Positions 52,771 to 62,621 of a stretch of 64,000 nt of DNA are shown piece after piece (the first letter of the stretch is position 1; each line of letters starts with the position of its first letter). The stretch comes from Polyangiales bacterium (GTDB taxonomy: Bacteria; Myxococcota_A; Polyangia; Polyangiales; Houyiibacteriaceae): contig OZ245758.1 of assembly GCA_965227405.1 (NCBI GenBank), positions 1,449,693 to 1,513,692 of the forward strand, written 5' to 3'. The position numbers and the translations under genes are program-made. The notes beneath the pieces are model-generated. The model was given only the letters and a program-made list of their open reading frames with translations, was not told the origin of the DNA and did no database searches.

Positions 52771-53694
52771 TCACCACTCCACCCAACAACGCGCGCACAG
52801 CACGAGTGCTTCTTCGATCACCCGCACCTCGCCTTCGACACCGCACTGCGGGCACTCGCCAGTCGTCCACTCCGCCGGCTTGGGATCGTCCATGGTGCCG
52901 AGAAGCGCTTTCGAGGCAGCCGCGAGCTTAACGCGCATGTCCGCTCGAAGATCCTCGCGTTCCTGCTTGCGCCACCGACGTTCAGCCTCTTCTGCTTCAC
53001 GTTGCTCGCGCGCCTCAATGTTCTGCCGAAGCGCAATCATTGGGTCCGTGGGTCGATATGGAATGTCGTAGTCGGGCCCTTTCGCTTCGCCGGCTTCTGC
53101 ACGATCAAGCCAGTGTTCGTACCAGTCCAGGAAACTGGGCCCGGCGGGAGTGAAGCCTGCTGGTAGTTCGCCGGGCACCTTCGTGAAAGGTCCAAATGCA
53201 CCGGCGTTTGGTTCGTGCGTCCACACTTCGTCGGCGTGTGGTCCGTTCAGCACGAGCATGCCCGACGTTCCAGAGTCGTAGCTCACAATTGTCAGCGTCC
53301 CGTCGCCAAGCTCGTCTCCGCGTTCCCAGTCGTCGTCGGACCGCACTTCGATCCCGGGAAACGCGCGAGTCTCGCCGTCAAACTCACACGCCGCTGCCAC
53401 CACCGCCTGCCCATAGTATGCGTAGTCCAACGGGTCGCCGTCGGTCCTCGCGTCTGGAACCACGCGGTCTAGAGTCACGAGTGCGAAGCGTTCCAAGCTA
53501 AACGCCGGACCAGCACCGCCGTTTCCAACCGTCTGGATGAACGCTCGATACTGCGGAGGCAGCCGGATCCCACGCGCCTCTTCGATCTCAACGACCTGTT
53601 CTTCGCTCAGCACGTTGCCGATTTCGAAGCCGAACTCACGTTCCAACGCTTCAAGCCGCTCAATGATCTTCGTCAGGCGCCCGGCGACATCCAC
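52771..53694 (-). CDS. SMI1/KNR4 (SUKH-1 superfamily) immunity-like protein with a C-terminal CxxC...CxxC zinc ribbon
   Basis: RLPPQYRAFIQTVGNGGAGPAFSL matches the SUKH signature (LPxxYxxFL...NGG). C-terminal CPQCGVEGEVRVIEEALVLCARC. Confidence 0.7.
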   Translation of the reverse strand: MDVAGRLTKIIERLEALEREFGFEIGNVLSEEQVVEIEEARGIRLPPQYRAFIQTVGNGGAGPAFSLERFALVTLDRVVPDARTDGDPLDYAYYGQAVVAAACEFDGETRAFPGIEVRSDDDWERGDELGDGTLTIVSYDSGTSGMLVLNGPHADEVWTHEPNAGAFGPFTKVPGELPAGFTPAGPSFLDWYEHWLDRAEAGEAKGPDYDIPYRPTDPMIALRQNIEAREQREAEEAERRWRKQEREDLRADMRVKLAAASKALLGTMDDPKPAEWTTGECPQCGVEGEVRVIEEALVLCARCWVEW

Positions 53695-53711
53695 GTCGCC
53701 ACTCTACGCAT

Positions 53712-54416
53712 TCAAGCGGCCAACGCTAGAGACAGCGCTAGGTTTCGTGTCCTTGTCACCAACTCTTCCGACACTCGCGGTTCCAGGTAGTTCGCGGCGT
53801 AGTGCATCAGCTGCGCATCCACTTGCGACGGACGACCTCGCGCGTCGAGCAAGCTCGACAGGTACTCACTCGGATCGAAGTCCGCGAAGATCACGGGCGC
53901 ACCGCGGTTCTCTGCCAGCCACACCACCAAGTTCTTCACGGCAAGCGTGGCCACGCGGTGATCCGACTCGTCAACATCTTTGAGGAACAACTCGATCGTG
54001 CGGTTCTCCCGCAAGATGCTCAACGCGGCAGCGACTTCTTTGCCGGTGATCTGTTTGCCGTCAGGCAGCTTCATGTACCGCGCCTTCATCCCAACGTGTT
54101 GGCGACGCGCGCGTTCCAACTCGAACAACCACAGAGCCACGTCCTCGTTTCCGAAGTGACCTTTGCGGCCCATCCAACGAAACCAACGTTCCAGTAGTTT
54201 GAACGTGTGGCCCGTCCCCGAACCGGCTGCGTACACATTCACGTAGACTTCGCAGCTGGCTTCGGTGAAGAACGACCAGTACTCGATGCCTTGGCGAGGG
54301 TCGGTCGGGAAGCGACGTGCCAGCGCAACCTGCAAGACCTCGCGGCACATGTCGGGATTGGCGGGGCGAACGTCGGCGAGAAAGGGCTCGATCAAGTCGA
54401 GCGGTCGAATCGTCAT
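53712..54416 (-). CDS. Hypothetical protein (234 aa)
   Basis: Open frame, no motif recognised. Immediately upstream of the SUKH gene on the same strand. Confidence 0.45.
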   Translation of the reverse strand: MTIRPLDLIEPFLADVRPANPDMCREVLQVALARRFPTDPRQGIEYWSFFTEASCEVYVNVYAAGSGTGHTFKLLERWFRWMGRKGHFGNEDVALWLFELERARRQHVGMKARYMKLPDGKQITGKEVAAALSILRENRTIELFLKDVDESDHRVATLAVKNLVVWLAENRGAPVIFADFDPSEYLSSLLDARGRPSQVDAQLMHYAANYLEPRVSEELVTRTRNLALSLALAA

Positions 54417-54458
54417 GCCGGTGTATCGGCCTACGCCACGATGAGTTGCTTCGAAGGC

Positions 54459-55193
54459 TCAGTTCGAACCGCAACTGATCAATGCGGTGCCGCCAGGTGT
54501 CTGAACTTCACGCGCACAGGTCACCTCGCAGCGATCCGGGCCGTGGTACTCGAACAGCACGCGGTAGCTGGCGTTGGGCTCGATGTGAATGGGGAAGCTG
54601 CGATTGCATCCGCGTTCAGCGTAGCGACGGACGCTCGTCGAGTGATGGTATCGCGTGACAGTGTACGATCGTCCGTTGCGATACTCCGTGCCCAAACTCG
54701 TCCAGTTGTGATGTCGGATTTGCTGAATCACCGGCGCACTGCCAACGCTGAGGTACTGAGTGCCTGCCTCGACCGGAAACGCGAACGCACCCGGATCACG
54801 ACGACGAACGATCTCACCATGACCCTGAACGCGATATGTCTCGCGTTGCGCGATCCCTTCGGTTGAGTGGTAGTGCGCCTCGATTTTCACAATGCCTTGT
54901 GCAGCGTTTTCGGGGGGGGCTTCGTAGGACCGATCATCACGACAACTACCGTTTCGACTGCCGAAGGGATCGCACTCCAAGCGCGCCACACGACCGCAAC
55001 CCCAAGCAACCCAACGCTGTGCTCGTCCCGGCAGCGGGTCCCGACGGTACGGATTGTCGGGCGCTCGCGCGATCTCGACATCGTCACAATCGAGTTGCTG
55101 CTCGATCATATCGCGTGCGTGGTGACGCGGTCGAAAGGGCTCCCGGACAGCACAGGCCTGGACAAGCAAGGCGAGAATCAACAGCTGTTTCAT
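54459..55193 (-). CDS. Hypothetical secreted Cys-containing protein
   Basis: Signal MKQLLILALLVQACA. Confidence 0.45.
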   Translation of the reverse strand: MKQLLILALLVQACAVREPFRPRHHARDMIEQQLDCDDVEIARAPDNPYRRDPLPGRAQRWVAWGCGRVARLECDPFGSRNGSCRDDRSYEAPPENAAQGIVKIEAHYHSTEGIAQRETYRVQGHGEIVRRRDPGAFAFPVEAGTQYLSVGSAPVIQQIRHHNWTSLGTEYRNGRSYTVTRYHHSTSVRRYAERGCNRSFPIHIEPNASYRVLFEYHGPDRCEVTCAREVQTPGGTALISCGSN

Positions 55194-55801
55194 CGGACGC
55201 TCCGGAGGGCAATGGTCATGGCGACAGTGCCGTACGCGTCGAGCCAGGACTCGCCGCCGATCTCACGAAGGTTGATTCCTGCTTCGACCTCGGTGGCGAC
55301 GATTTTGCCGATGTGAAAACCGACGTGCGGGCCTATGTGCCAACCTTCATCACGTGCATCGTTCTCGAACGACCAGTCGTAGCTGATGCCACCGTGACCA
55401 CCGAGGAACACCGACACGATCCCAGCACTCGCGCGGACGCGAAGCTTCGTTCCGACATCCAGCAATGCGTGGTCGCGTGGGTCATCAAGAATGTCATCGG
55501 TACCTTCGCGCCACCAACCAGCGCGAGCGTACAGACCAATGCTAAACGCGACGCCCAGTGCAACGTCCACACCCATGCTGCCCACGACGCCAGCCGAGAT
55601 GGCGTCGTCGCCATGGTCGCGAAGGGGAATGAGCATTTGTGCGCCGATGACCAATCGTGGAACGCGAAGGTAACCGCGCTCGTTCGACAGCGGGTCGAGC
55701 TCAGACGTGTTGACCCGATGCCGGGTTAGAGGGACGTCCCACTGCGCTTGGGCAACACTGGTTGTCGCAGCAGCGAGAAGAATGAGGATGACGCGAGGCA
55801 T
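55190..55801 (-). CDS. Hypothetical secreted protein (possible small outer-membrane beta-barrel)
   Basis: Signal MPRVILILLAAATTSVAQAQ. Alternating hydrophobic pattern and Gly-rich strands. C-terminal aromatic-like end. Confidence 0.45.
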   Translation of the reverse strand: MPRVILILLAAATTSVAQAQWDVPLTRHRVNTSELDPLSNERGYLRVPRLVIGAQMLIPLRDHGDDAISAGVVGSMGVDVALGVAFSIGLYARAGWWREGTDDILDDPRDHALLDVGTKLRVRASAGIVSVFLGGHGGISYDWSFENDARDEGWHIGPHVGFHIGKIVATEVEAGINLREIGGESWLDAYGTVAMTIALRSVR

Positions 55802-55871
55802 GCCGGCTTATCGGCGCGGCTAAGCACCAGTTGCTTGTTCCGTCAGATTCAATAATTTCAGCCAGTTACAG

Positions 55872-55916
55872 CTCATGGGTCGGTTCATTTCTGAACCTGT
55901 CCCTCAAATTTACACC
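55872..55916 (-). repeat. Dispersed repeat element, copy C (subfamily 2). The minus strand reads GGTGTAAATTTGAGGGACAGGTTCAGAAATGAACCGACCCATGAG, 60-110 bp upstream of the minus-strand gene starting at 55801.
   Basis: About 85% identical to copy B over 45 bp, plus a shared downstream extension. Confidence 0.65.
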
Positions 55917-55992
55917 TGGGCTTTGACGGGGCGGTGTTGGTGGGCCATACATCCGGCCCCGCTGCGTATGACCCGCAGGGGCGAGATTTTCC

Positions 55993-56238
55993 ATGAAGCC
56001 CGATATCCATCCCGACTATCACCCCGTTGTCTTCGTGGACGACGAGCACGAGATCATCACGCGCTCGACCATGAAGTCCGGCGAAACCCGCAGCATCAAC
56101 GGCGTTGACCACTTCGTGGTTCGCGTTGACATCAGCTCCTTCTCGCATCCGTTTTACACGGGTCGCCAGAAGGTCGTCGACCGAGAAGGTCGCGTGGAGC
56201 GCTTCAAGAAGCGCTACGCGAAAAAGAAGAAGAGCTGA
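55993..56238 (+). CDS. rpmE2: Ribosomal protein L31 type B (Cys-less, zinc-independent paralog)
   Basis: [14 protein letters not shown]...[25 protein letters not shown]. No CxxC zinc ribbon. Confidence 0.85.
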   Translation: MKPDIHPDYHPVVFVDDEHEIITRSTMKSGETRSINGVDHFVVRVDISSFSHPFYTGRQKVVDREGRVERFKKRYAKKKKS

Positions 56239-56251
56239 TCGCTCTCGCATC

Positions 56252-56276
56252 GGCCCGCTTCGGCGGGCCGTTTTTC
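56252..56276. terminator. Canonical intrinsic terminator ggcccgc-ttcg-gcgggcc plus GTTTTTCG, between convergent rpmE2 and hemB
   Basis: Read directly. Confidence 0.75.
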
Positions 56277-56277
56277 G

Positions 56278-57288
<1,011 letters not shown>

Positions 57289-57302
57289 CTATGCTGCCGA
57301 GC

Positions 57303-58076
57303 ATGAAGCAGCGAGCGCGAGGTCCCTGGGTGGTGACCGGAGCAGCCAGCGGGTTTGGACGCACGTTCGCGCAACGCATTGCGGCGCAGGGCGATCCTGT
57401 GGCGCTTTGGGATCTCAACGCAGCGGGGCTGCGCGAGACCGAGAGCATGCTTGGTGGTGCGCGAAGCTGTTGTGTTGAAGTCGACGTCACCGACCCTGAG
57501 GCGGTGAAGCGAGCCGCGACGCAGACTCTGGAATCGCTAGGTTCGGTCGCGCACGTGGTTCATTCCGCAGGCGTGTTGCGGGTCGGTCCGGCCGAAGTCG
57601 TTTCGCCGGCGGACTACGAACTGATGATGAAGGTGAACTACCTCGGGTCGGTTCACGTCGCTCAAGCCTTGTTGCCGCAACTGCGCGATGCACGAGGTCG
57701 CTCGGTGCTGATGTTTGTGGCGAGCGTGGCAGGGCTGCGCGGATTTCCTGAGCTTGCGGGCTACTCGGCGAGCAAGTTTGCCGTGGTCGGGTTCTCGCAA
57801 GCGCTGCGCGACGAGCTTCACAACACCAACGTGGATGTCCGGGTGCTCTGTCCTCCTCCTGGAGACACGCCCATGGTTCGGAACCTGCCGAAGCTTCCGC
57901 CGATCTACAAACTCAGCAAGATGTTCTCGGCAGACCAAGTTGTTGACGCTGCGATGCGTGGAATCGAGAAGCGCTCGTGGGTACTGCTGGTCGACATGAA
58001 CAGCAAAGCCATGGAGCGAATCGGCGCGTTGATGCCAGGCGTACTGGACCGGGTGATCCGCTTCGCATCCCGATAA
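57303..58076 (+). CDS. Short-chain dehydrogenase/reductase (SDR)
   Basis: VVTGAASGFG cofactor motif. YSASKFAV (YxxxK). Start at MKQRARGPW. Confidence 0.8.
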   Translation: MKQRARGPWVVTGAASGFGRTFAQRIAAQGDPVALWDLNAAGLRETESMLGGARSCCVEVDVTDPEAVKRAATQTLESLGSVAHVVHSAGVLRVGPAEVVSPADYELMMKVNYLGSVHVAQALLPQLRDARGRSVLMFVASVAGLRGFPELAGYSASKFAVVGFSQALRDELHNTNVDVRVLCPPPGDTPMVRNLPKLPPIYKLSKMFSADQVVDAAMRGIEKRSWVLLVDMNSKAMERIGALMPGVLDRVIRFASR

Positions 58077-58387
58077 GCCCCTGTTGGATCCAGGTCCGTG
58101 TGGGGACGTAGTCCGTACGGACCTGAACCTCGAAAACCGCCCGTTTCCTTCGCAGAATCGAACGCGACCCTGCTGCAACGGTTCTCTGCACGCGTGAAAC
58201 AGCGAGAACCGTTCGGTCTGCACGAGCGATTGGCGCATCGGTCCACAACAAGCCAAGCGCAGCACTTCCCTCTGAACGCACTCACACCAGACTTCGATCA
58301 CAGCCCCATCCCGGGAGCTGGTCGCGGGCCCTCCACATCTCCCCTCGGAATCGGCATCCCAAAAAGCCGATCGTGCCCGCGACCGAA

Positions 58388-58422
58388 CGCCTGACTGTTC
58401 GCAGTCGGGCGTTCTTCTTTTT
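58388..58422 (+). terminator. Intrinsic terminator (cgcctgactg-ttcg-cagtcgggcg plus TTCTTCTTTTT) about 310 bp downstream of the SDR gene. It delimits a possible small non-coding transcript.
   Basis: Read directly. The overlapping track ORF 58098..58394 is P/S-rich and not protein-like. Confidence 0.5.
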
Positions 58423-58441
58423 GCACTGATAGTGTGCCCAC

Positions 58442-59743
58442 ATGGCGTTTCGGGACGACCGCGAGGCTCTGCGAGCCAAAAGCGATGCGCTCGAAGCGGA
58501 TCTCGCCGAGGCTCAAGAGCGACTGCTCGAACTCGAGAGTCGTGGGGACGCGGACCAGCGGGAACTGCGACGTCTTCGTCGACAACTAGCGCGTGCAGTA
58601 CCGAGCCGTCGTGTTCCGGTTCTGTCCATCTTGGTGACACTCTTGTTCTTGTTGGGAGTGATCGGGGGAATGCTGGCGTTCAGCCAAGACGACGAAGCGC
58701 CCTCCGACACCGTCGACGAGCCTGAACAGGCTCCGCTTGCTCGAATCGAAACACCACCGCGTGTCGCATTTGGTGCACAGGTGATTCGCTCAACAGGAGC
58801 CACCATCGATTCGGGTTGCGTGTTCGTCGCAAATCTTGAGCGTGGACCTACGGTCAGTCGCTTGGTTGCGCGATGCGACGACCAGGTGCTCTTTGACTCC
58901 AACGTCGAGCAGCCGGGTGTTCGTATCCGGGACCATCAGGTGCACGAAATCGAACAGCACGAGTTGCTGCAGTACCGGTTGCGGTATCGGGACACGGGAA
59001 GTGCGGGCACACAAATCGTGGTCGATTCGCAGCATCGCCGTGCGCGGATTTGGAACGACGCGGTCGACCTTCGCTTTGCGCTGGACGATCGAAGTGGAGC
59101 GCGTGCGGGAGCACGGTTCGGACAGCCATTGTCGCAGCCGATTGCGGACTCGCTGCATGTTCGAGCGGTTCCGATGTCGAGCCGAGGCAACGCGCCAGAG
59201 TTGAGCGAGATGTGCGAGCTTCGCGTGCATCCCGCAGTGGGCCGCGAATCGCAGAACTGCCGAATCGTCGTGGATTGCGGGACGATTCTCTACGGTGCGA
59301 ACAACGGTGGGTACAACGAGTGCACCTTCGATGAGGGCCGACCCGATACCGCACGAGATTCACGCGGAGCCGACTTTGACGGGGACCCAAAGCTGACGCT
59401 GAACTTTCAGGAACGAACGCTCGTGGTCGAAGACGCGTGGCGCCACGAGTTCACCTTGGAAGAAGACGAACGTTGCCAGATCGCCGGAGCGTGGGACGGA
59501 GATTTCCGAAGCATGGGGCTGTACGTGTTCACGCAGAACGGCAGAACGCTCGCGACGACCGACCTCGCCGATTCGATGGTGTGGGATGCGCGGGTGGATT
59601 TGGACTGCAAGAGCGGACAGGGAACGATCGAGATCGACGACCACGGGTTGTTCGAAGGTCGATTTGGACCTGGCTTCCAAACCTTCGTGGGTCACGTGCG
59701 CAGCCTGGACGCGACGACCTTCTACCTAATGCGAACCGAGTAA
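58442..59743 (+). CDS. Hypothetical bitopic membrane protein (N-terminal coiled coil, one TM helix, about 340-aa extracytoplasmic domain)
   Basis: RVPVLSILVTLLFLLGVIGGMLAF TM segment. Confidence 0.55.
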   Translation: MAFRDDREALRAKSDALEADLAEAQERLLELESRGDADQRELRRLRRQLARAVPSRRVPVLSILVTLLFLLGVIGGMLAFSQDDEAPSDTVDEPEQAPLARIETPPRVAFGAQVIRSTGATIDSGCVFVANLERGPTVSRLVARCDDQVLFDSNVEQPGVRIRDHQVHEIEQHELLQYRLRYRDTGSAGTQIVVDSQHRRARIWNDAVDLRFALDDRSGARAGARFGQPLSQPIADSLHVRAVPMSSRGNAPELSEMCELRVHPAVGRESQNCRIVVDCGTILYGANNGGYNECTFDEGRPDTARDSRGADFDGDPKLTLNFQERTLVVEDAWRHEFTLEEDERCQIAGAWDGDFRSMGLYVFTQNGRTLATTDLADSMVWDARVDLDCKSGQGTIEIDDHGLFEGRFGPGFQTFVGHVRSLDATTFYLMRTE

Positions 59744-59776
59744 CCTTCGTCCCGCAATCGGGTAGATTGAGCAAAA

Positions 59777-59905
59777 GGTTCAGATTGGGGACAGGGTCAG
59801 ATCTGAACCGGACTCCTCCGAAAACGACCCACTTTCCTCGTGATCGCGAATTGTATGGTCACATAGTTCAGTTCAGTTCTGACCGTGTCCCCAAACTGAA
59901 CCCCC
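59777..59905. repeat. Inverted pair of subfamily-1 repeat elements: D at 59777-59809 (+) reads GGTTCAGATTGGGGACAGGGTCAGATCTGAACC, and E at 59871-59905 (-). They are separated by about 61 bp between convergent genes. MITE-like or bidirectional-terminator-like.
   Basis: D equals the reverse complement of A with 3 mismatches. E matches A with 33/36 identities. Confidence 0.7.
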
Positions 59906-59923
59906 ATCTGGGATTGAGGACGC

Positions 59924-61153
59924 TTAGGCGGAGTCGTGGTTCGCGTGTTGCGCCGCAACCATCGCGCCGGTCCACCACTCGTAGTCGCGTCCCATGGGAT
60001 CACCATCGGGGAAGAACACGAGGTAGCTCATCGAGTCGTAGGGAACAAAGCTCGGTCGACCCCCGGCCAGGTTTCCGATCTGGTGCACGGTTCGCCACGT
60101 TCCGGTGTTGAAGTACACGGCGTTGTTTCCATCCACGGTTCCGAGCGGAACCATCGACGAAAAGTGCGAGTGACCATTGACCACGTACTGAAAGCCTTTG
60201 CGCTTTCGTAGCTCTTCCACGCCACGCACGGCCATCTTCCCGTCCATGCCGTGCTGAATCATCTTGTAGACCTTCGTCAGCCGCTGGTCGCTTCCACGCG
60301 CCACCACTCGCTTGGTTGAAAGCTCCAACAAGAGCTTCAACTTCTGACCGGTATGGAACCCAAGTTTCTTGGACTCCGCGGCACGACGTTGACGCATCCA
60401 ACCCCGCACAAAGGGTTTGGAGAAAAAGTCCTCCACCAACATGGACCACGTTTGCCCTGCCGGCTTCAGCAGCTCCTTACGGATAATCCCCAGCTGACGC
60501 ACCCACGCCGGCACCGCGTAAATCGGTCGCACATCGTCGATGTCATCCAGCAGATTTCCCAGTGTGGGCTCGGGCAAGAGTCGCTTCACGTTCCGCGGAA
60601 AGCGCGTGATCAACTCCAACCCAATCGCGTCACCAATCGTTCCCTCTTTGGGATGCACGGTCGCATTGATCGGGTCACCCACGTGCCCGTGGTACGCGAG
60701 CACTTTGTGCTCCGGAAACTCCGCATCCGAACGAAACTCGACATCTTCGTCTTTGCCGGTGAGTGCTTTCCAGATCATCCGTCGTGACTTGGGCGCCGAC
60801 GCCAAAAGTCGGTCGTGGTTACCCAGCAAGTAGGTGATCTCGAGTGCACCCGCTTCAACCTGCTGACGAATCGCGGCAAAGAAATCTTTCTCACGATCCA
60901 GGATGCGTTCGACGATTCCATCGACGGTGTCGATCACTCCACCCACGGCTTCGTGGTACGGGCGGTACGCACCATCCAGCCACGTCGGCGAACGCACCAG
61001 GTCGAAGAGGTCGCCAGCAAACACCATCTTGGCGGGACGCTTGCCACGCGCGGCCTGAATCCGAGTCCAAAATCGCTCGAAGGTAAGCGCGCGCGGGATC
61101 GAGCTGCCGTGAAGCGCATCCGTGAGGTGGATGTCGCTCACGAAGATCAGCAT
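59924..61153 (-). CDS. Calcineurin-like metallophosphoesterase
   Basis: MLIFVSDIHLTD, GDLFDL, LLGNHD, YHGHVGDP metallophosphoesterase motifs. Confidence 0.75.
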   Translation of the reverse strand: MLIFVSDIHLTDALHGSSIPRALTFERFWTRIQAARGKRPAKMVFAGDLFDLVRSPTWLDGAYRPYHEAVGGVIDTVDGIVERILDREKDFFAAIRQQVEAGALEITYLLGNHDRLLASAPKSRRMIWKALTGKDEDVEFRSDAEFPEHKVLAYHGHVGDPINATVHPKEGTIGDAIGLELITRFPRNVKRLLPEPTLGNLLDDIDDVRPIYAVPAWVRQLGIIRKELLKPAGQTWSMLVEDFFSKPFVRGWMRQRRAAESKKLGFHTGQKLKLLLELSTKRVVARGSDQRLTKVYKMIQHGMDGKMAVRGVEELRKRKGFQYVVNGHSHFSSMVPLGTVDGNNAVYFNTGTWRTVHQIGNLAGGRPSFVPYDSMSYLVFFPDGDPMGRDYEWWTGAMVAAQHANHDSA

Positions 61154-61251
61154 CGGCCTATCCCCCATGAACACACCGATCCTAAACGACTCGGCCTTCG
61201 ATCGCGGTCACTTTTTGCGCAACTCACACCCTCAAAGTCCGATGAGCTTGC

Positions 61252-61917
61252 ATGCCTTCGGACACAGTTAGCCTTTTCGAGCTGGGCAGTGCGGCTCTTT
61301 CCCTTCCACCTACCGGCGTTGCCAGCATTCTGAGCTTGGGCTCCGGCGCACTCTCGCTGCTCTGGCTCTCCTCCAAAGGCACCGACTGCATTTGTGGCGT
61401 CGACCCCTTGGCCCGCTTCGAAAGCGCTGCCGGCCTGAGCGCAGTTCTTCTCGAAGCCGACCCGTCCGAACGCGCTGCTCTGATTCACGCTTTAGGCGAT
61501 GGCATTCGACCCCACATGGAACGAACGCTTGGGCCCAACTTCATCAGCGAACTTCGCGCAGCCCACTTTGAACTGGCCGACGGAATCGCTGCTGCGTTTT
61601 GTGGTCACGAAGATCGCGAGGGTCCCTTCCAACAAGGTCGTCGATTGATGCGCACCTTGATGCAGACCAACGGGCACGAGATGCAACCGCTCTTCAACGA
61701 AGCACGCGTCCACTTTGATCGCGGCTTGTGCGACGCGACCTACAACAGCATCGACGGACGCCGCTTTGTCCGCGATGCCTGCTACCGCGCAGGTGTCGGC
61801 TATGGTCGCTCGATCCGCGAAGCGCGTCGCGTCGAAGAAGCACGCGAAGCCCACGCACGGCTCGAACGCGATCGCGTACTACGGCATCAAGTCGGTGGTG
61901 TCGCCGACAAGAGGTGA
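61252..61917 (+). CDS. Hypothetical protein
   Basis: Open frame, no motif recognised. Confidence 0.35.
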   Translation: MPSDTVSLFELGSAALSLPPTGVASILSLGSGALSLLWLSSKGTDCICGVDPLARFESAAGLSAVLLEADPSERAALIHALGDGIRPHMERTLGPNFISELRAAHFELADGIAAAFCGHEDREGPFQQGRRLMRTLMQTNGHEMQPLFNEARVHFDRGLCDATYNSIDGRRFVRDACYRAGVGYGRSIREARRVEEAREAHARLERDRVLRHQVGGVADKR

Positions 61918-62621
61918 CGCGCTGCACCCCAGGGCGTGGTCGGCAACGCAGCGAAGTACTGCATGGCACCGGGCAACGTTCCAAAGATCTTTTCGATGGC
62001 CGCAAAGGGCCCTTCTTGGACGTTGATCCGAACCGGTGCTTTGGCATCGCGGCTGGCTCGAAACTCGCGCACGTAGCCCAACAGGCGCTCGTGGTAGTCG
62101 GGCTCTTCGACGATCGCTGAGATCGCCCGAAAGCGCGGATGCGTCCCTTCGAGCATCTGCAGCACTTGGGTTTCGAGCTGGTGCAACCCATCGGGATACG
62201 ACTCGAGAAGCTGCAGGTCGTACGCCGGATTCGCGTGCACCACCTGCATCACGTGGCCGATGATCCCGTCACGCGTGGACAGAAACCCCGTCGGATCCAC
62301 CAACGACGCAGGCTCATCCAGAAAACGCAGGATCTGGTGAAAACGAAAGTCGATGCCTTTGTCTTCGTAGTAGTCGGCCGCCGCCGGAACGATCCAAAAG
62401 CGGAGCATGTCGATGCTCCCCACGACCAGCTGCAGGCGCGTAGGCGGCGTCTCCACGTATCCCAGCTCCTGCAGGTAGTGAAGCCGGGCATCGAGCGCAT
62501 CGCCCTGGGTGTAGGCGCGTAGAGCCGAAGCGAGCCGCCGTACTTTGCCCAGCATCTCGCGCGGTGTGCCTGCGGTTTCGCGAACCAGCGTCCAGGCGCT
62601 CTGTTGAGTTCGAGCCGTCAT
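61887..62621 (-). CDS. Hypothetical protein (244 aa)
   Basis: Open frame. ATGA-coupled to the downstream lipoprotein gene. Confidence 0.45.
   Translation of the reverse strand: MTARTQQSAWTLVRETAGTPREMLGKVRRLASALRAYTQGDALDARLHYLQELGYVETPPTRLQLVVGSIDMLRFWIVPAAADYYEDKGIDFRFHQILRFLDEPASLVDPTGFLSTRDGIIGHVMQVVHANPAYDLQLLESYPDGLHQLETQVLQMLEGTHPRFRAISAIVEEPDYHERLLGYVREFRASRDAKAPVRINVQEGPFAAIEKIFGTLPGAMQYFAALPTTPWGAARHLLSATPPT

Noticed and set aside
58098-58394. 98-aa ORF in the SDR-membrane-protein spacer
   Set aside because: Pro/Ser/Gly-rich, no start context. It is interpreted as part of a possible non-coding transcript.
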